From IMG/VR virus record IMGVR_UViG_3300035210_000151: a stretch of DNA of 64,000 bases; one strand, written 5' to 3'. Every line of letters starts with the position of its first letter. The first letter of the stretch is position 1. The position numbers and the translations under genes were made by a program. The DNA is from a virus (Duplodnaviria; Heunggongvirae; Uroviricota; Caudoviricetes). Below the pieces are notes generated by a model, which was given only the letters and a program-made list of their open reading frames with translations, did no database searches and was not told the DNA's origin. Of this stretch, positions 47,686 to 56,655 are shown in pieces.

Positions 47686-48519
47686 GTGTCTAAACTCAAT
47701 TCAAAAGAAATCTGCCAGCCACTGTTAGAACATGCTAAAACAGTGCTGTCGGATGGTTTGGATCGCCCTTTTGAACAATACACTGTTGATTATGGACACG
47801 ATGGTTTTTCAATTTTTAAAAATAGAAAGACAGGTTACAAATCGAGTGCTTATAACATCCTTAATGCCTACGTGTTACCCTGTGAAAATGGTAACTTTTT
47901 AAAAGTAGGTACGGATGGATCTATTGATGACTACAAGAACCTTTATTCAACACTTTTTAAAGATTCTATTGTGGATGAAGCCTACCTTCAAGCTATTATT
48001 CAGAAGTTTTTTGAAGCAGGATTAAGATGGAATCAGTTTGACTCTGTGGAATATCACCCAAAAGATTTATCCATTGATTCATTAACTTCTGATGACAACC
48101 ATCGAAGAAAATCAACGAGTAAAAAACATTTGGCAATGTTCTATTATTCAGCTCGTAGTCGTAAAGCTGAACAACGCCGTCGATTTAGCAATAGAAAAAG
48201 TAAAGCAGCCTATTCAGTGTGTACCATGAGTTTAAATATGTCTACTTATACAGGTGAATTGTCGCCTGTCTATGTGTTAAATATTCCTTTGTTGGCTGAT
48301 ATTAAGTTGACTATCATGGTGGATGCTAATAAAGGTATTAGTGAAGATGACGTTCAATTGTTAGTTTATAAATATGAACGCCGCATTCGTTCTCAGTTGT
48401 ATGACATCATTAAACGTAATCTTAGACTTAAAGACCATGAGTCATTAGGTGAAGTCACTGAATACTCTATGCAGCAACTTGTTGATTATGTGATTGTAAC
48501 AGAAATGGCTGCTTATTGA
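47686..48519 (+). CDS. hypothetical protein; tail ...VDYVIVTEMAAY
   Basis: GTG start directly after the serS stop (TAAGTG), with SD TGGAG inside the serS 3' end. No in-frame ATG nearby. Confidence 0.55.
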   Translation: MSKLNSKEICQPLLEHAKTVLSDGLDRPFEQYTVDYGHDGFSIFKNRKTGYKSSAYNILNAYVLPCENGNFLKVGTDGSIDDYKNLYSTLFKDSIVDEAYLQAIIQKFFEAGLRWNQFDSVEYHPKDLSIDSLTSDDNHRRKSTSKKHLAMFYYSARSRKAEQRRRFSNRKSKAAYSVCTMSLNMSTYTGELSPVYVLNIPLLADIKLTIMVDANKGISEDDVQLLVYKYERRIRSQLYDIIKRNLRLKDHESLGEVTEYSMQQLVDYVIVTEMAAY

Positions 48520-48544
48520 TTTAACTCTAAAAATATGGTATAAT
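48516..48544 (+). promoter_or_regulatory. sigma-A-like promoter
   Basis: TTGATT, 17 bp spacer, TATAAT (tggTATAAT). Confidence 0.5.
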
Positions 48545-48570
48545 CGTGCCATATTTTGGAGATTTAATTC

Positions 48571-49332
48571 ATGTCAACTTTATTAGACAATGCTACGTTT
48601 ATTAAAAACAATATTGTAAAATTTATTGTTGACGTTTTAGTTTGTGAATTAGATTCTTTTTCTATTGAAGAGAATGCAGATCAAACAGGGGCTATTATTA
48701 CCTGTTACTACAAAACAGAAAAAAATAAATTGCACTCTATTTCGGCAGATTGTTTACACGACACCCAAGAAATTAGTATTAAATCCAGTGCAAACCCCGG
48801 ACTGATTCGAGACTTCTATTGGTTTTTCATGTCTAAACAAGAAAATGAACAACTACATCTTATTAAAGACTCTATCAACGCCATTCTTAGTGAATTTCAG
48901 GTAGGTTCAGTGCATATGAAATTTAATGCTCAGCCTATGGGTGAAATTTACCATGATAAAAAAAGAAAAAGTAAATATTGTATTCATAAAGAAATGTTAC
49001 AAGGTAAAATTTCATTTGAAAGCCATTTTAATGAATTTTCTTTCATGAACGCACGTCTTAAATGTAAACCTTATTACTATTTGGATGGCTCCATATTAAA
49101 ATCTAGTAAGATGATACAATTTGTTATTACAGCTCAATCATTTTCTCTTGACTTAAAAGATGATGAAGATTTTTTGAATAGAGTTAATACAATGTGCAGC
49201 AGTATTTACGCTATTGTTTTAAAAAACGCAGTTTCTACTATTTCAGAAAAGTTTTGTCTTGATGATATAAGCTGTTTTTCTGAGGATGATATTAAAGGTT
49301 ATCTAACACTTATTACTATGGAAAATATTTAA
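48571..49332 (+). CDS. hypothetical protein; tail ...KGYLTLITMENI
   Basis: 253 aa. Confidence 0.6.
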   Translation: MSTLLDNATFIKNNIVKFIVDVLVCELDSFSIEENADQTGAIITCYYKTEKNKLHSISADCLHDTQEISIKSSANPGLIRDFYWFFMSKQENEQLHLIKDSINAILSEFQVGSVHMKFNAQPMGEIYHDKKRKSKYCIHKEMLQGKISFESHFNEFSFMNARLKCKPYYYLDGSILKSSKMIQFVITAQSFSLDLKDDEDFLNRVNTMCSSIYAIVLKNAVSTISEKFCLDDISCFSEDDIKGYLTLITMENI

Positions 49333-50144
49333 TGAACGAATTCACCACTGTTGATAACATTAAACAAGCATTCAGTTTGATACTGGGTGATGATTATTCT
49401 CTTAATTTTTATGAAGATCAAAAAACGTTTTATTTGTTTAATACTGTGACCATGAAAAGAATGCTCACTTTTGAATACGATAAAGAATCTCGTAAATTTA
49501 GTTATTATATATTAACTGATTATGATTTTGCTGATACAGCAAGCTCTATTTTCAAACAAGTGATGGAATTTAAAACCTGTCAGATGATTTCAGATGCGTT
49601 TTTTTATCATGAAATTTCTAAGATTATTTTCAAAGATCCTATTGTTTTTGACGAAAAAACGTTTCATCGATCAAAAAACTTGGGTAAACAGATAAAATCT
49701 TCTCCTAACTTCTATTACAGAAATGCATGGAATATGATTTTTGTAGAGATGGGTTATATTGTAACAGAAAATTTTAACATTAAACCGATTATTGATTTTT
49801 GTATCAATTTGCGTGGTTTTGGTAAAATTCGATTTTTTGTTGATGAGGATGCAGGAACATTTACTAAACTATTGGATACAACGCATTACAATTTATGTAC
49901 AGAACAGCCTGATCTTAGTAATACTGTCGGCAGTATTATCTCATCAGCCGATGTCGGAGTAAAAGATAGCGTTAATGATGAACCTACTTTGGTTAACCTT
50001 AATGATTACATTCAGGATTTCATGATTAAGCTGTCAACTGAGTTATACCCGTTTTATGTCAATCAATTTAATTTGGTAGACATCAGTAGTGAGGCTAATG
50101 GATCTCTTAATGATTTTAAAGTATTGGAGATGTTAAAAGTATGA
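49332..50144 (+). CDS. hypothetical protein; tail ...DFKVLEMLKV
   Basis: 270 aa; start overlaps the upstream stop. Confidence 0.6.
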   Translation: MNEFTTVDNIKQAFSLILGDDYSLNFYEDQKTFYLFNTVTMKRMLTFEYDKESRKFSYYILTDYDFADTASSIFKQVMEFKTCQMISDAFFYHEISKIIFKDPIVFDEKTFHRSKNLGKQIKSSPNFYYRNAWNMIFVEMGYIVTENFNIKPIIDFCINLRGFGKIRFFVDEDAGTFTKLLDTTHYNLCTEQPDLSNTVGSIISSADVGVKDSVNDEPTLVNLNDYIQDFMIKLSTELYPFYVNQFNLVDISSEANGSLNDFKVLEMLKV

Positions 50145-50920
50145 CAAATAAAAAAGAAGTCAATCACCTTTTGTTTATTAAAAAGGATTTTAGTCACCTA
50201 TTGAAAGAAAAATTTAATCTTGATGTGATTGGAACTAATATTAAACATAAAGTCGATATGTGTCAGTCTGATGTCATTAAATTTACTGTGTGTTTCAATA
50301 ATGAGCATAAGTTTATTTATGTCTATATTAATCGACAAGATAAAAAGACTATTCATATTTCAACTGATATTAATGAAACCTTTCTTGATGAACTATCTCA
50401 ACTGCTTTTGCATAAAGATGCTGATTCATTCATCAAAGATTTTAATAAGGGATTTTTAGACTTTACGAACAAATATAGTTTATTAAAGTCTTCAGATTTT
50501 CATGATGAACCCTTCTTTAAATCACAGTTTGGTTTCATTAGATCGTACAGCTCTCATTCTTATTTTTATGCGATGAGAAGCTATTCGAACCATTTTTTGA
50601 ATGCTAAATTATACAAAGTTCAAAATTCAATGATTATGATGACCACTAAATTGATGTTTCAATATTGTGATGGTCAATTTATTGCGTATCCTTATCTTAA
50701 AATTAAGTTTGGTTCTGTTGAACATGATATTCATTTGTCGAGTGCTCACACTATGCAGAATAATCTTGCTGGTTTTTTGACAAAAGTTAAAAATGAAATC
50801 GACCCTATTGTGCAAACTCTTTTCAAAAAATTATTTGATATTGATGAAGCAGGTTTTAAAGCTCTCAATAAAGAATCTTTTGAAGATCACCTCGCCATCA
50901 TTGCAATGCAGCATATTTGA
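50141..50920 (+). CDS. hypothetical protein; tail ...DHLAIIAMQHI
   Basis: 259 aa; 4-nt overlap. Confidence 0.6.
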   Translation: MTNKKEVNHLLFIKKDFSHLLKEKFNLDVIGTNIKHKVDMCQSDVIKFTVCFNNEHKFIYVYINRQDKKTIHISTDINETFLDELSQLLLHKDADSFIKDFNKGFLDFTNKYSLLKSSDFHDEPFFKSQFGFIRSYSSHSYFYAMRSYSNHFLNAKLYKVQNSMIMMTTKLMFQYCDGQFIAYPYLKIKFGSVEHDIHLSSAHTMQNNLAGFLTKVKNEIDPIVQTLFKKLFDIDEAGFKALNKESFEDHLAIIAMQHI

Positions 50921-50935
50921 GATAGGATATTAATA

Positions 50936-51850
50936 ATGAAAAATATTGATCTAACAGCCTTACTTAGCAGTATCAACAGTGGTGCTGTCAAAGTGACAAC
51001 TTTTAATCAAGCAACAAAAGATAACAAGGAAAAACAAGAGGCCGCTATGAAAGAATATGATCCACTTATAAAACAAATTAGATCTATACTGGTTGATAAG
51101 TATGGTCCTAAAACCTATCCTATTGAAATTAATGACCCCTATCAAACTTATGGATTCAGAATTGTTCTTGAAACTGGTCCTAGACCCTTTGATAATAAAT
51201 ACTTACGAGTTTATAACAATGTGTATGATGGTCAAGCTGTTTATTCAATTTTTAATGATAAGATTGATAAAAGTAAAGTTGTTCTCACTTTATTTGAACA
51301 GTTGATGGCTGGCCGTGATTTTCCATCTTATATTATGGAGGCTGTTATTGATCGTTATATCAAAGAGACTAATGAATTTGAATTCTTTGAAAAGTTTGAA
51401 AAAAGTGCTATTCCACAACAGTTAAAAGATTTTTTCGTAAAGACTAAAACTTACAAAGATACAAAAGAGCAACGTTTGTGTAAATCTTATTATGGTTATC
51501 TTTCAAAGACTGAGAATTCAAGAAAACAAACGAGCTTTTCATTTTCTCCGTCCAAAGTAGAAATTGTCTTGCTGCGAGATGAAAAAGGGGGATTCGTGCC
51601 GGGATTTTTATTTAACTTACCTGTCTTATCAACTTTAAAATTTAAGTATGCAGTTCCTATGTTTTCTGATAATATGGAAGCTTCTATTGATGAGCTATTT
51701 GAGAAATTTAATGCTAAATTCATAAAGTGTGTGGTTAATATTATTGGTAGAGCTGAAAACTTAAAACTGAAGGAGAAAAAATTAATGATGACCTTGCCAA
51801 GAGCCGAGTTAATTGGTCGATTGAAAGTAACTGAGATGTTGACGTATTAA
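50936..51850 (+). CDS. hypothetical protein; tail ...GRLKVTEMLTY
   Basis: 304 aa. Confidence 0.6.
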   Translation: MKNIDLTALLSSINSGAVKVTTFNQATKDNKEKQEAAMKEYDPLIKQIRSILVDKYGPKTYPIEINDPYQTYGFRIVLETGPRPFDNKYLRVYNNVYDGQAVYSIFNDKIDKSKVVLTLFEQLMAGRDFPSYIMEAVIDRYIKETNEFEFFEKFEKSAIPQQLKDFFVKTKTYKDTKEQRLCKSYYGYLSKTENSRKQTSFSFSPSKVEIVLLRDEKGGFVPGFLFNLPVLSTLKFKYAVPMFSDNMEASIDELFEKFNAKFIKCVVNIIGRAENLKLKEKKLMMTLPRAELIGRLKVTEMLTY

Positions 51851-51852
51851 CG

Positions 51853-52644
51853 ATGTCAAACATTAACCAGACGATTATTGACGCTGTTTCTAAAACCTTT
51901 GATGGTCATTTTGTTTCGGCCACATTTTTAAACAGTTCAACACTTTCATTAACTCATCAGAACAATGAGCCAGTCGCCTTGTTAAATTTTCATGGGAATG
52001 TTCTTTCGCGTTCAGTTTTTTATAATGAAGATGTCTATTTATCATGTATTCCAGATATTATGTATACCCGAGAAGAAAACAAGCTACTCAAAAAAGCGTT
52101 TTCATCTTTTTGCTTGAATGATGCCCTTGTTCATATGATTAAAACTAAGGGGGATTTTGATTTAAAATCCATTCATCGAGTCGTTACTGTCAACCAACGA
52201 GTCGAGCATATGTTTTATAATTCATGTACATTATCAGATATAGATCTTTATCACTCACCGAAAAGACACAACTTCTATTATTCTTATGACAAGCGAATGG
52301 TTTTAGATAATGCTGGAAAATTTCACCCGATCTTAGTGTTGGATATCTCTTTAAAACAAAAGACTTATTCAATTTTACTATCGCCTGAACTGAATAAAGC
52401 GGCGAATATTTCAACGTTTAGTGGAAATAATGCTGATAGGTGTTTATTGACCTTTGAACAATTGTTCGATAATGGTGTTGAGATTAATGATTTAAAGACT
52501 GCAATTGATAGTAATTGGACATACGATATTTTCTTTTACTATATTGACATTCTTCTTAACGACAGGAAACTGGTTGAGAGTATTTTTGACAGTTGTTCTA
52601 ATTACGCTGAAATGATGAATTTGGTTGAAATGAATCGTATATAA
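51853..52644 (+). CDS. hypothetical protein; tail ...MMNLVEMNRI
   Basis: 263 aa. Confidence 0.6.
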   Translation: MSNINQTIIDAVSKTFDGHFVSATFLNSSTLSLTHQNNEPVALLNFHGNVLSRSVFYNEDVYLSCIPDIMYTREENKLLKKAFSSFCLNDALVHMIKTKGDFDLKSIHRVVTVNQRVEHMFYNSCTLSDIDLYHSPKRHNFYYSYDKRMVLDNAGKFHPILVLDISLKQKTYSILLSPELNKAANISTFSGNNADRCLLTFEQLFDNGVEINDLKTAIDSNWTYDIFFYYIDILLNDRKLVESIFDSCSNYAEMMNLVEMNRI

Positions 52645-52677
52645 TGTTATACTCATTCATTATTTTTGGAGCTTATT

Positions 52678-53475
52678 ATGGAAAATTTTAGAAATGCTGT
52701 TTCTGGGGCATTTGATACCAGAACAACAAAAACAACATTTTTTGAATATGAGCAATATCCTATGATGGACACGCAAGTTCATATTTTGTTTAAAAAACAT
52801 AAAAACCCCGTTAATATAGATAAAACATTTTTAAGTTTTGCTATTTCGCCGGGACAACCATTTTTCCATTCAATTTGTCTCAAAGATCTTGCTTTTATAG
52901 ATAAGTTTAATCAAATGTTTCAAATGCATAAAACATCAAGAGAAGATTTCGTCTTTATCAATGACTATCTTCATTCTTTTCATAAAAATGATAATTTTTC
53001 AAAATTATTGATAATGAATGATCATATCAAATCTCATGAGTTTTATACTTTCAAAAAATTATATATGTTAGAAAAAGACGAGACTAAATATGGTGTAACA
53101 TCTTGTGTTCACACGTCTTACAGAAGTGTTGCACAATATGAATTTATTAAAAACTTTTCAATAACCCGTGATGGAGCAATAGCCCTGTTTCCAACTGTTC
53201 ATTTTTTTAAGCATGTTAATCCATTTTCATTATATTTTAGCCTGTCTGATAAAAAGGTATATAAACTTCCAGAAAGTTTAGCTGGCTTAGTGACGTTGGA
53301 AGATATTGTAGAAGCCAGCACCCTTTTTACACATCATGACATTGATGTTTTTACAGATGAAATATTGATGATGTATGTGTGTAATCTTCATAATGGAGTT
53401 TATCAAGAATTTTTAGACATACCACAAGAAAATATTTCTGATAAGATAGATTTATTACTAATGACCACTATTTAA
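52678..53475 (+). CDS. hypothetical protein; tail ...KIDLLLMTTI
   Basis: Track start is a TTG. ATG at 52678 with SD TGGAG. Confidence 0.6.
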   Translation: MENFRNAVSGAFDTRTTKTTFFEYEQYPMMDTQVHILFKKHKNPVNIDKTFLSFAISPGQPFFHSICLKDLAFIDKFNQMFQMHKTSREDFVFINDYLHSFHKNDNFSKLLIMNDHIKSHEFYTFKKLYMLEKDETKYGVTSCVHTSYRSVAQYEFIKNFSITRDGAIALFPTVHFFKHVNPFSLYFSLSDKKVYKLPESLAGLVTLEDIVEASTLFTHHDIDVFTDEILMMYVCNLHNGVYQEFLDIPQENISDKIDLLLMTTI

Positions 53476-53487
53476 AAATCGTTTACA

Positions 53488-53528
53488 AAAAAGGCATTCT
53501 AATTATCTTAGGTGCCTTTTTTTATTTA
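53488..53528. terminator. probable bidirectional terminator (long-loop hairpin)
   Basis: aaggca...(16 nt)...tgcctt followed by a T-tract. Confidence 0.45.
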
Positions 53529-53537
53529 TTTTAAATA

Positions 53538-53873
53538 TTATTTGACATTTTTCTCTTTGGAACGTTGGTAATTCATCATTCTTTTTTCCATTTGATAATA
53601 CCAATGTCTACGTGGATATTGAGCTTTCACTTCGAGCCATGACTTATTGAAAAAGAAATCTAGTGTTGCTTGTGGTGTCTCCAATGTTACATATTTTGAA
53701 CTGATGGATATTGATGAACATCCAAGTTCACCACGACTGTCCACAATCAATCCGTTCATATTACGCAGACGTGTAATCGTTAACAATTCATCGTGCATGA
53801 AAAAATCGCTGGATTGTTTAAACTTTGTATAGTAATCATACAATGACCACACATACCTTAATACATTTAACAT
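53538..53873 (-). CDS. hypothetical basic protein
   Basis: 111 aa with SD GGAGATAACC. Confidence 0.55.
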   Translation of the reverse strand: MLNVLRYVWSLYDYYTKFKQSSDFFMHDELLTITRLRNMNGLIVDSRGELGCSSISISSKYVTLETPQATLDFFFNKSWLEVKAQYPRRHWYYQMEKRMMNYQRSKEKNVK

Positions 53874-53898
53874 GGTTATCTCCTGTTCAGCAATGTGG

Positions 53899-54516
53899 TT
53901 AAATTCTTGCCATCTTTAATAATTCAAAAGCCTGATCATCAAACTGGCTCATGTGCGTAATTTCTAAGCCAATGCTTTCCCTCAGCATTTCTTGAAATTG
54001 TGGATAGATTACGTTTTCATATAACTCTTTATAACTGTAAGCTGTATTTTTCATACCTAATGTACATTCCATCATTGGCCCAATCGATATTTCTTTACAA
54101 AGGTTGGAATAAGATATGACTTCTTTTTGTTTAATTTCAGGTTCTTTTTTAATTTTCCTTTCTATATAGGTCGCTTCAAAACCTTTGCTGAAAACATTAA
54201 AACCATAGTCTTTAGGTGTATACAAAAAGTAATCAAAATGAGCGTATATATTAAAAATTTCGATAATTTTTTCTAAATATTCGTCGTTTTCATCTTCAAA
54301 AGCAATGTTAAAAAAGCTTTTGGCGGTGTGTTTATTGATGATAAAAAGACCTTTGTGTAATCTAATATAGGGTATGTCATTAAAATCAATAAGGACACCT
54401 TCCGGTGTACAATTTAATTCACCCGGATTTTTTATTTCTAGAAATTTTCTACTTTTTTCTTTTATTTTATCAAGTAGCTCTTCTTTGTTTAACATGCTCT
54501 CATTCCGCCTTTTCAA
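53899..54516 (-). CDS. hypothetical protein; tail ...FELLKMARI
   Basis: 205 aa with SD AAAGGCGGAATGAGAGC. Confidence 0.6.
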   Translation of the reverse strand: MKRRNESMLNKEELLDKIKEKSRKFLEIKNPGELNCTPEGVLIDFNDIPYIRLHKGLFIINKHTAKSFFNIAFEDENDEYLEKIIEIFNIYAHFDYFLYTPKDYGFNVFSKGFEATYIERKIKKEPEIKQKEVISYSNLCKEISIGPMMECTLGMKNTAYSYKELYENVIYPQFQEMLRESIGLEITHMSQFDDQAFELLKMARI

Positions 54517-54658
54517 TAATTATCAATAAATTTAAAGGAAATTATAACAAAATATGACAATGAGGTAAAGCATTATTTAAACACTATTTAAGTTGATTTA
54601 CTGTTATGTTTTTGATACACTAGCAACCTACTTAAATGATGACTAAGGAAGCTTACAG

Positions 54659-54859
54659 ATGAAACATACCTATCTATTTTGTGGCAAAATGTATTCAATT
54701 AGTGGCAATTTGTATAAGCTGGTATCTGTATTGAGTTATGGTTCTGGTTTGCTTCGTGGTGTTCAACGTTATATTTTTGAACCTGAGAATAAAGCATTGC
54801 CTGTTCTTCGTGCTACTCGCTGGGCTGATGGTGAAATTGGGCGAATTTCCCGTTATTAA
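54659..54859 (+). CDS. small hypothetical protein (66 aa)
   Basis: SD AAGGAAG 7 nt upstream. Confidence 0.4.
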   Translation: MKHTYLFCGKMYSISGNLYKLVSVLSYGSGLLRGVQRYIFEPENKALPVLRATRWADGEIGRISRY

Positions 54860-54883
54860 AGATAATATGATGAAAATCATTGC

Positions 54884-54912
54884 TTTACAATACTTGCAAA
54901 ATGTACTATAAT
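54884..54912 (+). promoter_or_regulatory. sigma-A-like promoter
   Basis: TTTACA, 17 bp spacer, TATAAT. Confidence 0.45.
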
Positions 54913-54942
54913 TCACTCATTCATAACGCTTAGGAGCAATAA

Positions 54943-55827
54943 ATGTCTAAAGAAATTCGTTTCAAAACAGAAATCAAAGATCTGAATCGTGAACTTCTTA
55001 AAAAAATTGAAAGCAAAGAAGCTCGCCGTCAAATTAAAGACAACTCGAAAGATTCCAATATTTTTGTCATTCGTTTTAATTCAGAAGACAAAGGAAATGC
55101 TTTTGAAAAATTGGAACGTGATGTGGACATGACTATTCTTAACTCAGAACGTAGTGATGCTGTCTATATGATTATTAAAAGCCCCGGTGGTAGCGTAACT
55201 GCTTATGCTAACGCTGCACAGCAAATCAGTCGCCTTCGTGCCCACGGTTTGCATGTGACGGCTTTCGTAGATGAAGTGGCCGCAAGTGGTGGTTATATGA
55301 TGGCTTCTGTGTGTGACCGTATTGTTGCTCAACCGTTTGCTTTTGTTGGCTCTATCGGCGTTGTTTCTCAAGTGCCTATCTTTGAAGAAGTTTTGAATAA
55401 AATTGGTGTGGATGTTCGAGTTTATACGGCTGGTGTTAATAAACGTTCAGTAGTTCCAACGAAAACGCCAACTGAAGCTGACGAAACTGTTTTTAAACAA
55501 AAGCTTGTTGATATTCATACCGCGTTTAAAAATCATGTATTGAAATATCGTCCAATGATTAACCCTGAAAAGTTGATGGAAGGTGATTTCTACATGGCTC
55601 AAGATGTTTTAGCTGAAAAGCTGGTTGATGAAATTGGTGATAGCCGCACTGCCATTTTGAAGGCTTTTAAAGAAGGTGCTCAATTGTATCAAGTGAATAC
55701 TGATGTAAAAGCGAAAAGTGGTGGTCTGGCGGGTTTGGTGGGTCTTGATGCTATTCTCGAAACATCCATCGGTAAAGCCATTGATAAACTGTTCTCAATG
55801 TCTCAACCAAATGAAAGCATTCGCTAA
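54943..55827 (+). CDS. S49-family serine peptidase (SppA/SohB-like, ClpP/crotonase fold)
   Basis: 294 aa. ...IKSPGGSVTAYANAAQQI...AASGGYMMASVCDRIVAQPFAFVGSIGVV... are typical SppA/S49 blocks. SD TAGGAG. The terminator follows. Confidence 0.8.
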   Translation: MSKEIRFKTEIKDLNRELLKKIESKEARRQIKDNSKDSNIFVIRFNSEDKGNAFEKLERDVDMTILNSERSDAVYMIIKSPGGSVTAYANAAQQISRLRAHGLHVTAFVDEVAASGGYMMASVCDRIVAQPFAFVGSIGVVSQVPIFEEVLNKIGVDVRVYTAGVNKRSVVPTKTPTEADETVFKQKLVDIHTAFKNHVLKYRPMINPEKLMEGDFYMAQDVLAEKLVDEIGDSRTAILKAFKEGAQLYQVNTDVKAKSGGLAGLVGLDAILETSIGKAIDKLFSMSQPNESIR

Positions 55828-55843
55828 GAAGTTTTCAACTTAA

Positions 55844-55870
55844 AATATCTCTTCGGAGATATTTTTTTTA
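55844..55870 (+). terminator. rho-independent terminator
   Basis: aatatctcttcggagatatt hairpin plus T-tract. Confidence 0.7.
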
Positions 55871-55893
55871 TTGATATATTTAAGGAGATTTAA

Positions 55894-56592
55894 ATGACAG
55901 AAAAAACTAACATAGATATTATTAAAGATCATCTTTTAAACAGTCTTTCAGAATTAGCAGAAGAAGATTTTTTGTATTTTGAACGCTCATTTGAATTGGG
56001 AGAATACGTTAACAAATATGCGTTCCCTACATTGAAATATTATTTTGATGAATCCAATTGTCATATTTATCTTATTGGACTTAATGATCGTAGATATTTC
56101 ATTGGTTACTACAGTGATGATAGAGGTCAATTATCAGTTTATGTTCCGATTGGATTCATCAACAGAAGCACAATTAACACTATCAATCTATCTGGGGTAA
56201 CGCCAAGTGCTGAGACGATGATTTTGAAAAATCTTATTTATTTAGATCGATCATCTTATTATTTCAAAGGTTTTGAGGTTTTAAATTCGTCGTCGTTCAA
56301 ATTTTCAGATAAAAATGCTTTACGGTTTGGTTCTCATTTTGTTAAGTATCAAAGTACGTTTGTTATCTCAAAAAAAGATCAAACTGTGTGTTTTCAACAT
56401 AACCAGATGCTGTATGCTAAAACGTTAACAGGTGAACGTTATGTCAGCTCTATAATGAGTCGTAGTTTTAGAACTGAACTGGACAAATATTTAAGCTCTT
56501 TTACTTTGTCTTTGTTTGACAAAATGTTTAATAAATTGAACAAAAAGGAACTTTTACTTTTAAAGATGTATAATATTGGAAACACTTTATAG
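55894..56592 (+). CDS. hypothetical protein; near-C-terminal ...LLLLKMYNIGNTL
   Basis: 232 aa with SD TAAGGAGA. Confidence 0.6.
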   Translation: MTEKTNIDIIKDHLLNSLSELAEEDFLYFERSFELGEYVNKYAFPTLKYYFDESNCHIYLIGLNDRRYFIGYYSDDRGQLSVYVPIGFINRSTINTINLSGVTPSAETMILKNLIYLDRSSYYFKGFEVLNSSSFKFSDKNALRFGSHFVKYQSTFVISKKDQTVCFQHNQMLYAKTLTGERYVSSIMSRSFRTELDKYLSSFTLSLFDKMFNKLNKKELLLLKMYNIGNTL

Positions 56593-56655
56593 TTTAATAA
56601 CTTATTAATTTTTTTCTTATTGTATGTTATAATGATAAAAAACCACGATTTATTT

